From: Marsupella aquatica
Taxonomy: Eukaryota > Plantae > Marchantiophyta
Direction: 5' to 3'
NCBI GenBank assembly: GCA_973895155.1
Contig: OZ316892.1
Coordinates: forward strand, 17,288,357-17,352,356
DNA length: 64,000 nt
Part shown: positions 13,260 to 24,924 of the stretch, piece by piece
Numbering within the stretch: position 1 is the stretch's first letter
Layout of the letters: each line of letters begins with the position of its first letter
Translations under genes and position numbers: made by a program
Notes under the pieces: model-generated
Seen by the model: the letters and a program-made list of their open reading frames with translations, nothing else
Told to the model about the DNA's origin: nothing
Databases searched by the model: none

Positions 13260-13725
13260 TAAATACTTGATAAAATCTGTCAATGTTTGATTCATCGAAA
13301 AGCTCAAGATCAAAATTTAGAAACTCATGACCTCTTTAGTACTCTCTTGATAAAATCTCTCAATGTCACAGTCATTGGAAAGTTAGAGAAAAATTAGAAA
13401 CTCATCATCTTCTTAGTACTTGACAAAATCTATCAATGTTAAGTTCATTGGAAAGCTAAAGAAATCCAGACACTCATGATCTCTCTAATTTTTGACGAAT
13501 ATTTCCAATGTCACACATTAGAAAGCTAGAGAAATTGAAAACCTCATGATCTCTTTAGTACAGTGAGAAAATCTGACATGAAATTTGTCAATGTTGGACT
13601 CAATGTTGGAAAGTTAAAAGAATTCAAGAACTCATGATCAAAATTTCTTATCGTCACACTCATTGGAAAGGCAAAGAAATTCAAAAACTCATTTGGAACT
13701 TGACAATTTGAGGCTTATTGGAAAC
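13260..13725. repeat. Degenerate AT-rich tandem repeat, ~60-70 bp units
   Basis: Recurring aaaatctgtcaatgt...cattggaaagctagaga...gaaactcatgatctct. Confidence 0.7.
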
Positions 13726-14840
13726 CTTTTCTTTATTAAAAGACGTCACAATCCCGTCACCTTCACAAACTTAGCTGTTGCAAATTGATTTTTCAATTAC
13801 GTTGTCATCGTTTGTTCGCAATGCTTGCTTCCTGACTTGAATTGTTCGCGTCCCTCCAGGCTTCAATTGAAGCTCACTCTAAACACACATTGATGACAAA
13901 TTGCAGCCTCTACATCAAAGAAACAATCGCTGGTCTCCCCTTCACACCATAGCTTTCTTAAATAAACATAAATTAAAAACTACAAAACTTGCATGTGAAA
14001 TGATGGCTCGTCTGTTTTGTGTGTTCTTCCCACCGAACAACAAGTGCCCTTTTGCCAACAGTTGAGTGTTGTCCTCTAGTCTGTCTTGTGGTGGTAATGC
14101 TCAACGTAACTCACAAATGATCAATCATGAATGATAGAAACACGATTTCTTCAATGTTTAAGCGAAGACCGAAAAAACTCAATTCCTCCACATTCAACCT
14201 TCCATTTGATAAACCAAAGAGATCATCTCAACCAGATCAATCTCCTCTATCTTTTGAGCATTCTCTTCTGTACGAGCACACACCAAGATCACCAGGAGAC
14301 TCAAAACCATTGGATATCGCCCTGCTGAAAAATTGATTTCACTTCATCACACACACATTCCTTGGATGAACATGGGGGTCCACGAAGTAATTTTTCCGGG
14401 AGCTAGAGAATTGAAGGTTTTGGTAATTTTATCAATCATAAACTTATTGCCAACAACAACTACTAATGGAGTGACATCTTGGCTTGTGCATTAATTCTAT
14501 TAGATTTAATTTTTAAGATTTAATATGAATATTAGAACTTGTGTTTTTTTATGTCTCCTCTTCTCTAGTTGCCTTGCAGGTGAAAAATTAAAAATTATCT
14601 TAAGATTCATAAACATCAAATTATAAGCCCCAAATTCACATGGACCACCAAAATGTGGTCCTTTAAAGCAGTGTGTCCAACGTGAAGCTGGGTTTCACTT
14701 TCTTATAGAAGAAATGTTTGAATGAAATATTAAAAAATGGTAACGTTTGGACACGTCCCCGTTTTATAGTACTGGTGGTGACAGTGATTATGATCAATAG
14801 GTGTGACAAAGTTAAACACTCGGTGTTATAGTTTTTTTTT

Positions 14841-14948
14841 GGACTTATCTTGCTTATGGGGTACATAGTTTGGTAACCTATAACTATTTTGTTGGGACTT
14901 ATCTTGCTTATGGGGTATATAGATTGGTAACCTATAACTATTTTGTTC
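14841..14948. repeat. Tandem duplication, ~54 bp x2
   Basis: ggacttatcttgcttatggggta(c/t)atag(t/a)ttggtaacctataactatttttgtt occurs twice. Confidence 0.85.
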
Positions 14949-15180
14949 ATTTTATATCATGAACCCTAATGCATAGTAGAAAACATTTTAGACCAGAATG
15001 GACTTATTTAAAACTGCTTAGCCTAAATAGATGTGTTAGAATTTGAGCACCCCCCGCTATGTACTGCGCTACCAGAGCAAAGAAAAACATTCTCACGGGC
15101 TATACTGCTGGTTGAGCCTAGTATACTGGAGCAAGCAAAAGCAATGTCGCACAGGCTATACTGGTTGATTCATGTAGCGT

Positions 15181-15740
15181 CATCGGACGGCTAAAGTCGG
15201 CCACTAGGGAATTCCATTGCAACAGCACCGTCCGATGCTCCCCCGGACTGACTACTGTAAACATGTATAGTACAAAACGTTGAAAACAAATATAGGACCG
15301 TACAGTACTTGTTTTCGAATTTGAACACCACTCATTCCTGACAGGTGCAAACGAACCTCCCCATACCGTATGCTAGCGGTGCAAGGAAAACCATTTTCGC
15401 GGGCCATTCTAGTGGATTCCGATAATATCATCGGACGGATGGAGTTTGTCCCATGTGAATTTCGTATGCAATACCACCGTCCGATGCGCCCCCGGACTCT
15501 GCGGTAAACATGCATAGTACAAAACGTTAAAAACAAATATTGGACTGGAGGTGTTTTCGAATTTGAACCCACTCATTCCTGACAGGTGGCAATAACGAAC
15601 CCCCCATACCGTGTGCTAGTGGAGCAGGAAAACTATTTTCTTGGACCATTCTGGTAGATTCTGGATCAGTCATCGGACGGCTGAAGTTAGCCCTGGGGAA
15701 TCCCATCTGCAATATCACCGTCCGATGCGCCCCCGGACGG
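15181..15740. repeat. ~245-bp tandem repeat x2.3, each unit opening with a CATCGGACGG...CCGTCCGATG inverted pair
   Basis: Inverted pairs at ~15181-15237, 15429-15486 and 15671-15727. The intervening sequence is also duplicated. Confidence 0.85.
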
Positions 15741-16195
15741 ACTGTGACAGCCCGACACTGCAAACTTGCAAAGCTTTCATGACCCCGTCTAGTTTTCCTC
15801 TCCTTTCCTTTCCTTACCTTTCCATCGACGATCGCCAAGACTGGAAAAAGGAGGCGAGCGAGTGCGCGATCATCGCCGAGTGTGCCTTCGACAATCGATG
15901 GTGGAGGCTTCCGATTGACGAACAGTGGGAGTGGATTCGAGAGCAGCGGTGTGCAGGTTTCTACTGCAGTGTGTGGTGGCGGAAGTCCCCTGAAAATGAA
16001 TTGGCAAGAAAGGGCAGCAGAAGAACAGAAGTGAGGAATCAGTTGTTGGTGAGGCAACGAGGTCTTTGATCGATCTTTGGGTTTGGTAGAGACAGGTTCT
16101 GCTGGGACGGTCGACGAGTGTGGATTCTGTTTGGTGATCTGTGTGGGGAGTGCAGTGCTCTAGAGATTGATGTGGTGAAGAGTGGTACCGTAGCT

Positions 16196-19100
16196 ATGGC
16201 GGATAGAGCCGGGCATTCGGATCACGGGGGATCAAGCCATCACGGACATCATTCGTCGCATCATCATCGAGACTCGCATCCGGAGCGGGACAGAGATAAA
16301 GAACGGGGTAGGGATCGGTCGAGGGACCGGGATCACGAGAAGGACACTAGGGCAGGGGACCGAGGGAGAGACAGAAATCACCGAAGTGACAGAGATGCGG
16401 TTTTGTACGGGGATCGCAATGGCCACAGCGTCGGTGGTGGTGGTGGTGGTGGGCATGGACACGGGGTGCCCAGTAGCATCGTGCGCATTGTGGAGGGCGG
16501 TGTGGGATTTCGTAAAGAAACGGCCTATGAGGGGGATGATGCCGATGGCGATGGATATCACCGGGATCACAGATATGGCTCTGGCTCTGCAGGTTTGCAT
16601 TTTTATATACTGCTCCATATGGCTATTGGATCTTTCATCGGTAATCCCTGGCAGTTTTCTTATAGCACGACGGGTTGGTTGGGTGGTTAATTGGTTGGTT
16701 GGTTGGTCGGGTCGGTTGCTCGCTGGGTCGGTTCTAGGATGGCCATAAGTTCCATAGCTCAGCTGGTCAACCAAGGAAGTTAGCGAGGCTTTGCCTCACA
16801 GAAATGTACTCGGGTTGAACTCCCTTTCGTTGAACAGCTGCCGGTTACGAGGCTGCCATGAGGAGCGCCCTGGTAGCTATCTGCAACGGCCTCTGGTTGC
16901 AGTAAGCAAATAACCTTTTTTAGCTCTTCATGAACTGAAGGCGGCATTCGGCCTGTCCCACGGCATAGTGCTCCAAAAAACAGATTGTGAAGTAACACAT
17001 GTAACGACACTGGTGAAGCCGATCGACTAGACATCCCGGTCTTTGATCGGAACGAAGTCTTTAAACGGAGGGGGTTGACCCCGAGTTAGTTGGACTTTAG
17101 TTGCTTGGGTCGTCTGACCTCTTACCTTACATCCTGTATGTTCTTTGGCGTTGTAGCCGGGCGGCGGATAACGGGGATTAGGGTTGAATCCCTCAAAGTA
17201 GGCAGTTCTTGGCAAGTTGTGACCGTGTTCGGTTGGACGTTTAGACTGGACGGTAATTCTTGGTCAAGGTGGATGTTTACTGTGGATTCGGGGTCGATTG
17301 AAGTCGAAGGTATTTGAGTGTAGATTTTCGTTTGTTGAGATAAGTCTTCCTGAGGAGTCATCTGTTGAGGATACGTGCATTCTTTGGCCAGTTGAGGAGG
17401 AAGATGGTCTATTTGCGGTTGCACGCCCTAAATTAAACTCTCGTGGCGTGGGTTTGAGTTGGCTTTTGTTCAAAACTTGTGGAAGACCGATTTTCCCATT
17501 CAAAACTTGACATGGCTCAATATGTGGACGATATTGAGCCTACGGTGTTAGACATTAAATGCGAGGGACATTGTTCTGACCAGGTAGTGAGTTCAGGTTT
17601 CTTGAATGGACAAGCTGGGATGAAGGGGTGGATGACAAACTTGCTGTCAATTTCTGTGTGCTCATCTAAGGATATGATGTTGGGACAGCCTGGGAAATTT
17701 GTGAAACTTACGCCTAGCCCGGTAGTGAATGAGGGGTGTACTGGTCAAGGAGATCATGGACTTCGGGCAACGAAGTAGGAGGATGGTAAAGAAGAGGCAA
17801 GAGTTGTGAAACACTTTTGGGTATATGTGTAGTACTGCCCGTATGGAGTCCTTTCTAGACAAATGCTGCCGCCATGATGGACGTCAAACTGTTGAGATTT
17901 GGCTGAAGAATCTCTTCGGGCATTTGCTGACGCCTCAGAGTATCTCAAGGATTTCTTGTAATGTCCTGGCAGCTCGCTCTCAGCTTTCAGTTTGTTGGTT
18001 GAGATGCTTTGAAGGACATGTTTGTCCACAGTGTCGCTTACAGTTGTGTGATCTGGTTGCTTGATCTTGACAGTCCGTCGCGGGATCCAGAACTTTATAT
18101 CTTGCGGATATTACTCCATGATATCCAATTTTCCGGATTGAAATTCATTTTTGTGGCTGCTGATTGAAACTCTTTTTTGCAGGAGCTAATGGCAGCTCAG
18201 GAGCCGATACTATCTTCATATCTAACCTTCCTGAAAGTGTTACAGAAGAGGGATTAGCAGCTCTATTGAGTGAGGCTGGGGCAATCAAGGTTAATTCGTA
18301 TTCCGTATATATCCTACGATTGTTTTGAAACTAACAGATAAACAAGAATGATTGCTGGAAGGTTTTGTCCGAATTAAGTTGTAATCAAATTGACGTGAAG
18401 ATTCGTTTGTGAACAAGTAGATTTGCGAGTTTTCCAGGGTTGCGGATTTTCCTAGCATCACGCTGCAGCTTTGTTACTATGAATTTCTAGGACTTGGTGG
18501 TGCGAAATGCTGATCAAAACTGTAATTGTCAATGCGCAGATTGATCGCAAGTCTGGTCTTCCCTTGGTCAAGCTTTTCCGAGACAAAGAGAGTGGACTTC
18601 ATGAAGCTGAAGTTGTCTTGGATGACCCTCGCTCTGCAACGGGAATTGTGAACTGGTTCAATGGTTCGCTTACCTTGCCTTTCTCTGAGTGCTTCCCACC
18701 TTATGCACGAATGTTGGAAGTATTTAGCTTTTCAAGGTCGATAAGTAGCTGGCCCTTGAGGTGTTCTGCACTAAGCTTAATGAAATGAATGTCTGTCCGT
18801 GTGTTGTGGAGTCGATTCTATATTGAACCTAAAAGTTATTTCTTTTTACCCATTTAGATAAAAAGAGTAAGCGTTTCTATTCTGAATTTGCCTTTGCTGT
18901 TCTCGCAGGGTATGAGTACAAGGGGAGCAAGATACAAGTTTCTCTCGCGCATGCACCCATATCTGCATCTAGTCCTGGATTTCGTGACCGGCGCTCCGGT
19001 TCTTATGGAGCTGATTATGAGAGAGAGAGGGATATGCCGCCTCGTGGCAGAGGTTACAGAGGTGGGAGGGGCCGTGGCAGACACATTGATCGATTTGGGG

Positions 19101-20211
19101 GCCCTTCTCATGTCCCACCTCATATTGGAATCGGACAAGGTGCGCCACAGTTCGGAAGGGGGTTTGGTGGGGGCTTTGGAGCCGTAGATGATTTCCCTGC
19201 CGGAGGGGAGAGCTTCGGACGGAACAATCCCAACGTCACGCCACGAGAAGGTGACTGGATATGCTCCGAACCGACGTAAGTAATCTTTCTGATCGCTGTT
19301 GTCATTATCGTGTTGTTCCCTATCATTCTGTGAAGAAATTTGGCCTTGATCCAGGAAATTCACTCTTTGTCATTGTTTGGTTCTCGCAAAGATTATCCAT
19401 AATCATATTAGTCACAGCAGCCTTGTGCCCAGGATCCTACGTTCGCATTGTGGATGATGTCCGTTTGATTGAAGTTTTACTTTCAGTTGTCTTTCCCATT
19501 CACCATCCAGCGAAGAGTTTTGCGGCTAAGGCATGCCACTGATTGTGTAGGTGTGGGAATCTAAACTTTGCGCGAAGAACACACTGCAATAATTGTAATA
19601 AGCCTAGGCGCGACATGGTTCTTGGCATGGGAGGCGGTGGGGTTGGCCCTCATGCTAATTTCCGAGGTCCTCCTCCCCATACCCCTTTTCTAGGTGGAGG
19701 TCCACCTCTGGCACACAGCCTTGAGCGTGGTTTGGGTGGATTTAACGGACCTGTAGGACCTTGGGGTCGAGGAGGTCCCCGAGACTTTGACAATGGCCTA
19801 CCAGGTGGCCGGATGGGTGACAGGTTTGACCACGGCAGTCTTCCTGGACGGATATCTGAAAGAGTGGATTTCAGGCCGGGCAGGAACTTTCGGGACAGGG
19901 ATGAGTTCCGTGATCGGGATGATTATCGAGACCGAGAGAGGTTTGAAAGGCCGTCGTTCGAGGGGCGCAGTGGCTTTTATGAAAGTGGTCCAAGGGACCG
20001 AGATAGAGATGATCGATATCATGACAAAAGAAGTTTAGAAAGAGGAGAGCCAAGGAATGAAAGGCGATTTAGCCCACCGTCGCGGGCACGGTGGGGAAGA
20101 GATCTCAGAGTGAGGAGCCGGTCCCCAGTGCGAAGTGTATCAAGAGAGTATTACAACAGAAGAGATGACAGGCGAGACGATCGAAGGGACCGAAGAGATG
20201 AGATTTATTAG
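16196..20211 (+). CDS. FET/TAF15-like RNA-binding protein (RRM + RGG + RanBP2 zinc finger + RD/RS tail). Exons 16196-16592, 18183-18289, 18540-18663, 18909-19275, 19551-20211
   Basis: Spliced frame gives a FET-type RRM (DTIFISNLPESVTEEGLAALLSEAGAIKIDRKSGLPLVKLFRDKESG...DDPRSATGIVNWFNGYEYKGSKIQVSLA), RGG boxes, the finger [26 protein letters not shown] and an RSRSP/RDDRR tail. GT-AG junctions are in phase. Confidence 0.88.
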
Positions 20212-20719
20212 ACTGAGGCTCATTGCTGCCCACTAGCTTTACTTCAAAGTAAGCTCTCTTACTTGCTCGGTACCGAATTTAAGTAGAGGACCGTCCAGGT
20301 TAGGAAATAGAGGATTTGTCTCCTTTTTATTGCCATGGGTCTTAAGGAACAATGCACGTGGACGGCTGCGCAGATTGTTTGAAATATTATTTGTAAAGTC
20401 TTCCCTTGATTTATTGAAAGAATTCATACGCTTCCTTAGTGAAGATCAAATGTATGCCCTTTGGAATCAAGGTTGTACGTTGTACTTAGAGGATTCCATT
20501 TGGCAACAAAGGAGTTGCTGCGAGCTGAGAAAACGAGGAAGACAGATTCGCTTGTCCTTAGGCTAAAGGGACTCCGATCCATTCCTGTTGGACCATTTCT
20601 GAATCACAATGCATGCCTCATTTGACGTTGATTACAAAAGCTTGGTGGCCTTTTCACCTCACTCTTGACAACCTGCGACAACCGGGCAGCGATGAGCTGG
20701 AGGCCCTTCGTTAGGCAGC

Positions 20720-21210
20720 TGCGTTTCAACATCCCGAGCGATAGGAAGTGCCATGTTGTCTTCTGCACTGAATGTAAGATAGTCACCATCTATTTTAACA
20801 TTGAGATCTAAGAATTGGCAGTCCCTTGCTCGGCAGCTGGGTTTCAACCTCCCGATCGATTGGAAGTACCGTGTTGTCTTTTGCTCTGAATATAAGATAT
20901 TCACCATCCATTGGAACATTGAAATCTAAGAATTGGCAATGAAGAATTGGCAACAATTGTCTGTCTGTACAGCGGACGTGCTTTTATCATCTCATGTGGG
21001 ATTGGGATTCTGGCGTCCTTTTATCTGGCCATTTCCCGTTTAGCTTGAAGTTGTCCTGAACTTTGTGGAATCAATCTCTCTTCGGTTGGCAAACATTTGG
21101 AATTCTGAACTTGTTGTATCGAATGTCATCCTTGAAGTTTTCCTGAACTTTGTGGAATCAGTCTCTCTTGGTTTGGCAAACATTCGGAACTTTGAAGTTG
21201 ACGTATGGAA
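20720..21210. repeat. Two adjacent tandem duplications (~118 bp x2 and ~87 bp x2)
   Basis: ...acattga(g/a)atctaagaattggca occurs twice, and ttgaagtt(g/t)tcctgaactttgtggaatca(a/g)tctctctt occurs twice. Confidence 0.75.
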
Positions 21211-21726
21211 GGTCCATTTCTAAGCATTGACGTTTGTAGCTGTGGCGAACATGGTGGGCCGAATTCAAACGACGCTGCAAGTTTTCACCTGACTAAAAAC
21301 TCCACAACAGTGCATGCCCTACGAGGATTATTTCCTGAAATTGTAAACCACCTGTTCGATATGACTCTGTGTGTTATGAAGTTCCATGTTTAGAAAACAA
21401 TAAGTGATCTTGCCTGGAAGATGGATGGTCCGTGACTCTGTGTTGGTGTCTGTATCCTCCTCTACAACAAAATATGTATGTGCCATGACGAGTTGGTTGC
21501 ACTTCAAACTCAAGTTCCTACTTTTTCTTAAACTTCAGATTTCATAGTCAAGAGCCAGGCATTTGAGGACGATGGATCTCAGAGTTGGGGTATTCTCAGC
21601 TCATTCAAAAGATCAAGTACATTATTTTCTTCTGAAGTAATTTGAGCTTGTTCCGTGGTGAGTAGGGAAGTTAAAAGTTTGGATGGATTGAGACATTGAT
21701 ACGCCTGTTAAATCTAGGTCGAGTTA

Positions 21727-22520
21727 ATGCTCCCCCCATTTTCTTTGGGGCCCATACACTGCCTGTCCCAGTGCCCGAAAGTACCGACTGGCTGGACTTT
21801 ACCAAAAGTAATTGCTAGACCGACGGCCCGGCCCGGTCCTCCCCCCTATAGTTCAAACCGGGCTGGTTTTCTTGCCCTTGATCGGGTGGGAGACACGTCC
21901 AGTCAATGCTCCCCCATTTCCTTTGGGCCCCATACACTGATTGTCCCAGTCCCCAAAAGTGCCTCCCCCATTTCCTTTGGGCCCCATACACTGATTGTCC
22001 CAGTCCCCAAAAGTGCCTGAAAGTGCTGCCTGCTAAGGCCTGAGTTTGCCAAAGGTAATGGCTGGATTGATGGCCCGGCCCTCCCCGCGATAGTTTGAAC
22101 CGGGCTGGTTTTCCGGCCCAGTTATAGTGGTCGGGTAGGGGGATACGTCCAGAGTAATTGTTGGACCGACGGCCCAGCCCTGCACCCGATAGTTCGACCT
22201 GGGCTGGTTTTCCGGTCCAGTTATATAATTGGTCAGGTGAGAGACACGTCCAGAGGAATTGCTGGACCGGGGCCTCCCCATGCCCTGAAAGGCTGAAACC
22301 AACATCATAGTGGTCAGGCGGGAGACACGTCCAGAGTAATTGACCGACGGCCCGGCCCTCGTCACTCCTCAGGCCCTGAAAACAACACCAATACAGGCCC
22401 GCAAATGACGCGACCAGTGGGGATGCTCTTAGAGTGGTCGGGTACGAGACACGTCCAGTGTAATCACCGACGGCGCGGCCCTCCCCAGGTCCTGGAAAAT
22501 ACCCCAATACACACCTGCAA
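21727..22520. repeat. GC-rich degenerate repeat array with a near-exact 54-bp duplication (21909-22018), possibly transposon-subterminal
   Basis: Recurring gagacacgtccag, gaccgacggcccggccc and cgggctggttttc motifs. Confidence 0.7.
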
Positions 22521-22784
22521 TTGGCCCCACCAGTGGGCATGCTCTAACATAAGACAAGAGCTTGTTGTCCAATGTAGAGTAGTTGTTGGTGGACATCGTC
22601 ACTACATGATGATCTGGCGGGGGATATCGGCAGAGGCTCGATCTCCACCATCGACTACGACTACGGCTTCAGTCTCCGGATCGACTATTCTTCAGGTAGA
22701 CCACTGCTCGAGGGATTCAAACATCTCTCTTCATGGATTCTCGCTGGGTGACGTGAGGGTTGGTTCCAGCTTCATCTTTACTGT

Positions 22785-23080
22785 TCTCAGTGAATTAAGC
22801 GGTGTGAGTTTTGGTTTCTTCTTCAAAGCTTCAGGTCCTTTGTGGGTTTCAGAGAACTCTGGTGAATTGTGGTGTTGAGTTTGATTTCATCTGCAAAGCT
22901 TCGGGGTCCTTTGAGTGTTTCGGAGAAGTCTGCTGAATTGTGGAGAATAAGTTTGACTTCTTTGTTAAAGCTTCAGTGTCCTTTGTGGATTCGGAGAAGT
23001 CTGGTGAATTGTGGGGTATGAGTTTGATTCCTTCTTCAAAGCTTCAGGGTCTTTGTGGGCTACGGAGAAATTCTCTGAAT
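22785..23080. repeat. Degenerate ~70-bp tandem repeat x4
   Basis: gtgaattgtgg...gagtttgatttcttc...aaagcttcagg...tttgtgg...cggagaagtctg units. Confidence 0.7.
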
Positions 23081-23779
23081 GTGAGCAAATGCCGGCAGAA
23101 TAGAGAGAGGTCTGAGAGAGAACTTACCAATAAGGCGATGATGTGGGACGAACTTTAATGTCACCAGAAGAAACCCACTAATCTGTAATAAACAGTTGAC
23201 GCTATCATTGGTCACTTGCGGGAGCTCTCAATTCACTCTAGCCCCGCCCTCGTCTCGTGGACTGCCTTTTCTCCGTCAGATGGGCGGTGATGTGATTTCT
23301 TTGAATTCCATCTAAGCAACTCATTCAAGTGAGATGAATCTGTCTTTCAGGTGTCAGTGTCCATTTGAAGTCCATTTTGTCCTCATGGAGTGCATGTAAC
23401 GTGTGATAGGCGGTGCTTGGGGTTCTAGACGGTATGCCTGGGTTAAGGATGTTTCGGCACCCAATTGAATAAATAACTACAATCTGAGTCTATCCCAGCT
23501 TAGGTTCAGTAAAGTTCCGGAGAGCAGCTACAGTCAACTCTAAGTGAACCAAAGATAAGCTTTTCAAAGCTGCCGGAGGAAGTCTGAATAATCTAGTAAC
23601 AGACAACCTGGAGTTTATTTCCTTTTCAAGCTCATTTAAGAGCAGAATTCTTAAAGCAAGGTAGTCGAACACATGATCTGTATTGAGTTGAGGGTCCAAT
23701 TCGTTCACCGAAATGATCCGGGATTGTTATCTCAAGGAGCATGGAGAAAGGAGTGGAGGATCTGGTGAAGTGGATCATG

Positions 23780-24270
23780 ATGGCATTTGTTCCCATGTAT
23801 GCAAAGAGTGGCAGCATTGATGATGCTCAATGCGTTTGTTGACAGAATGATGCAACGTGATGTACTCACATGGAATATGATGGTTGGTGGACGTGCGGAA
23901 CACGGATATGGGAATGGAGCCTTGGAAGTCTTTAGAAAAATGAATGCAGAGGGAGTGAAGCCGGATGAGTGCCTATTTGTGGCAGTTTTGGTACCTTGTA
24001 GGCCTGCAGTAGAGGAAGGGTGCAACTTGTTTCTAGCTATAACCAAAGGTTATGGTATTAAACCTACAACCGTGCATTACACTTGCATGGTGGAACTTCC
24101 TGGGCGAGCCGGCCATTTGGAGGAAGCTTAGCATTTTATTCGTCGCATACCTCTGGAGCCAAATGCTACACCCTGGGGAGCCTTGCTTGGTGCCTGTAGA
24201 GCTCATGGTGATGTGGAATTTGCTGAAGGTGCTGCCAAAGAGGTTCCCCTGGACTTGAACGACCTGGTGG
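23780..24270 (+). pseudogene. PLS-class PPR (RNA-editing-factor type) fragment ending in an E domain
   Basis: MYAKSGSIDDA, frameshift, DRMMQRDVLTWNMMVGG...GVKPD...YGIKPTTVHYTCMVELPGRAGHLEEA*HFIRRIPLEPNATPWGALLGACRAHGDVEFAE. Frameshift plus in-frame TAG, no N-terminus and no DYW. Confidence 0.88.
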
Positions 24271-24924
24271 TGGAGACAAATGCTAAGCTGACACTTCTGT
24301 TCGTGTTCTGTAGGAGTGTAGATATTTGACAAATTCTTTTACGTCTGTGTCTATTCTCGTTCCGGCTATGATAGCTGTAATGTAAGAGAATTCCTTATGG
24401 ATCTATAGGGGCGACAATAGGTTCTTAAGATTGCCTCAAGATCTCCTGGACTGGAACGACCGGCTATGAGTATTAACTCGAGTGGAGTTGTTCACAGAAT
24501 TGGAGAGTTTGAGAGATTTGAGATAGATTTTGGTGGAGATGGGTCTCGATCACGTCCATGGTGGGAGACCTTGCTGTTGCGAGTCATCTTCGTCTTCAGG
24601 ACTACCGGCATACACCCCAATCAAGCTGAGTTGGCCCGTGCGGAATCTATGCAAGTTTAGACGCCTGCTCACCGCTTGTGGTAGCACTTTCTGGTGAACT
24701 CTTTAGTTTAATTGACGAGGAGGTTTGATTGCTCGTTTCCTCAGTACCGCATGAGCGGGATTTTCTACAAAATTTCTCGAGAGTTAAACAGGGAAGAAGA
24801 TGGTCACTCATCAGACTATTGGGCCGGTTGGGTACAAGCCGGGGAACCGTCTTTGCTGTGAACTTTGGGAAAGAAGTTAACTGGGAGGAGATTTGTCCGT
24901 CACAGATTGCGCGATTTGGTCAAT

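Noticed and set aside
16780-18064. Many short ORFs inside intron 1 of the FET-like gene as a nested gene or TE
   Set aside because: No recognisable domain in any frame and no termini. Treated as intron sequence.
20720-21250. LRR-gene relic suggested by CPELCGINL-like repeats
   Set aside because: Frames are full of stops and the pattern is explained by simple DNA duplications.
21815-22878. 241-aa and 157-aa ORFs
   Set aside because: They arise from GC-rich tandem repeats, with repetitive translations and no family motif.
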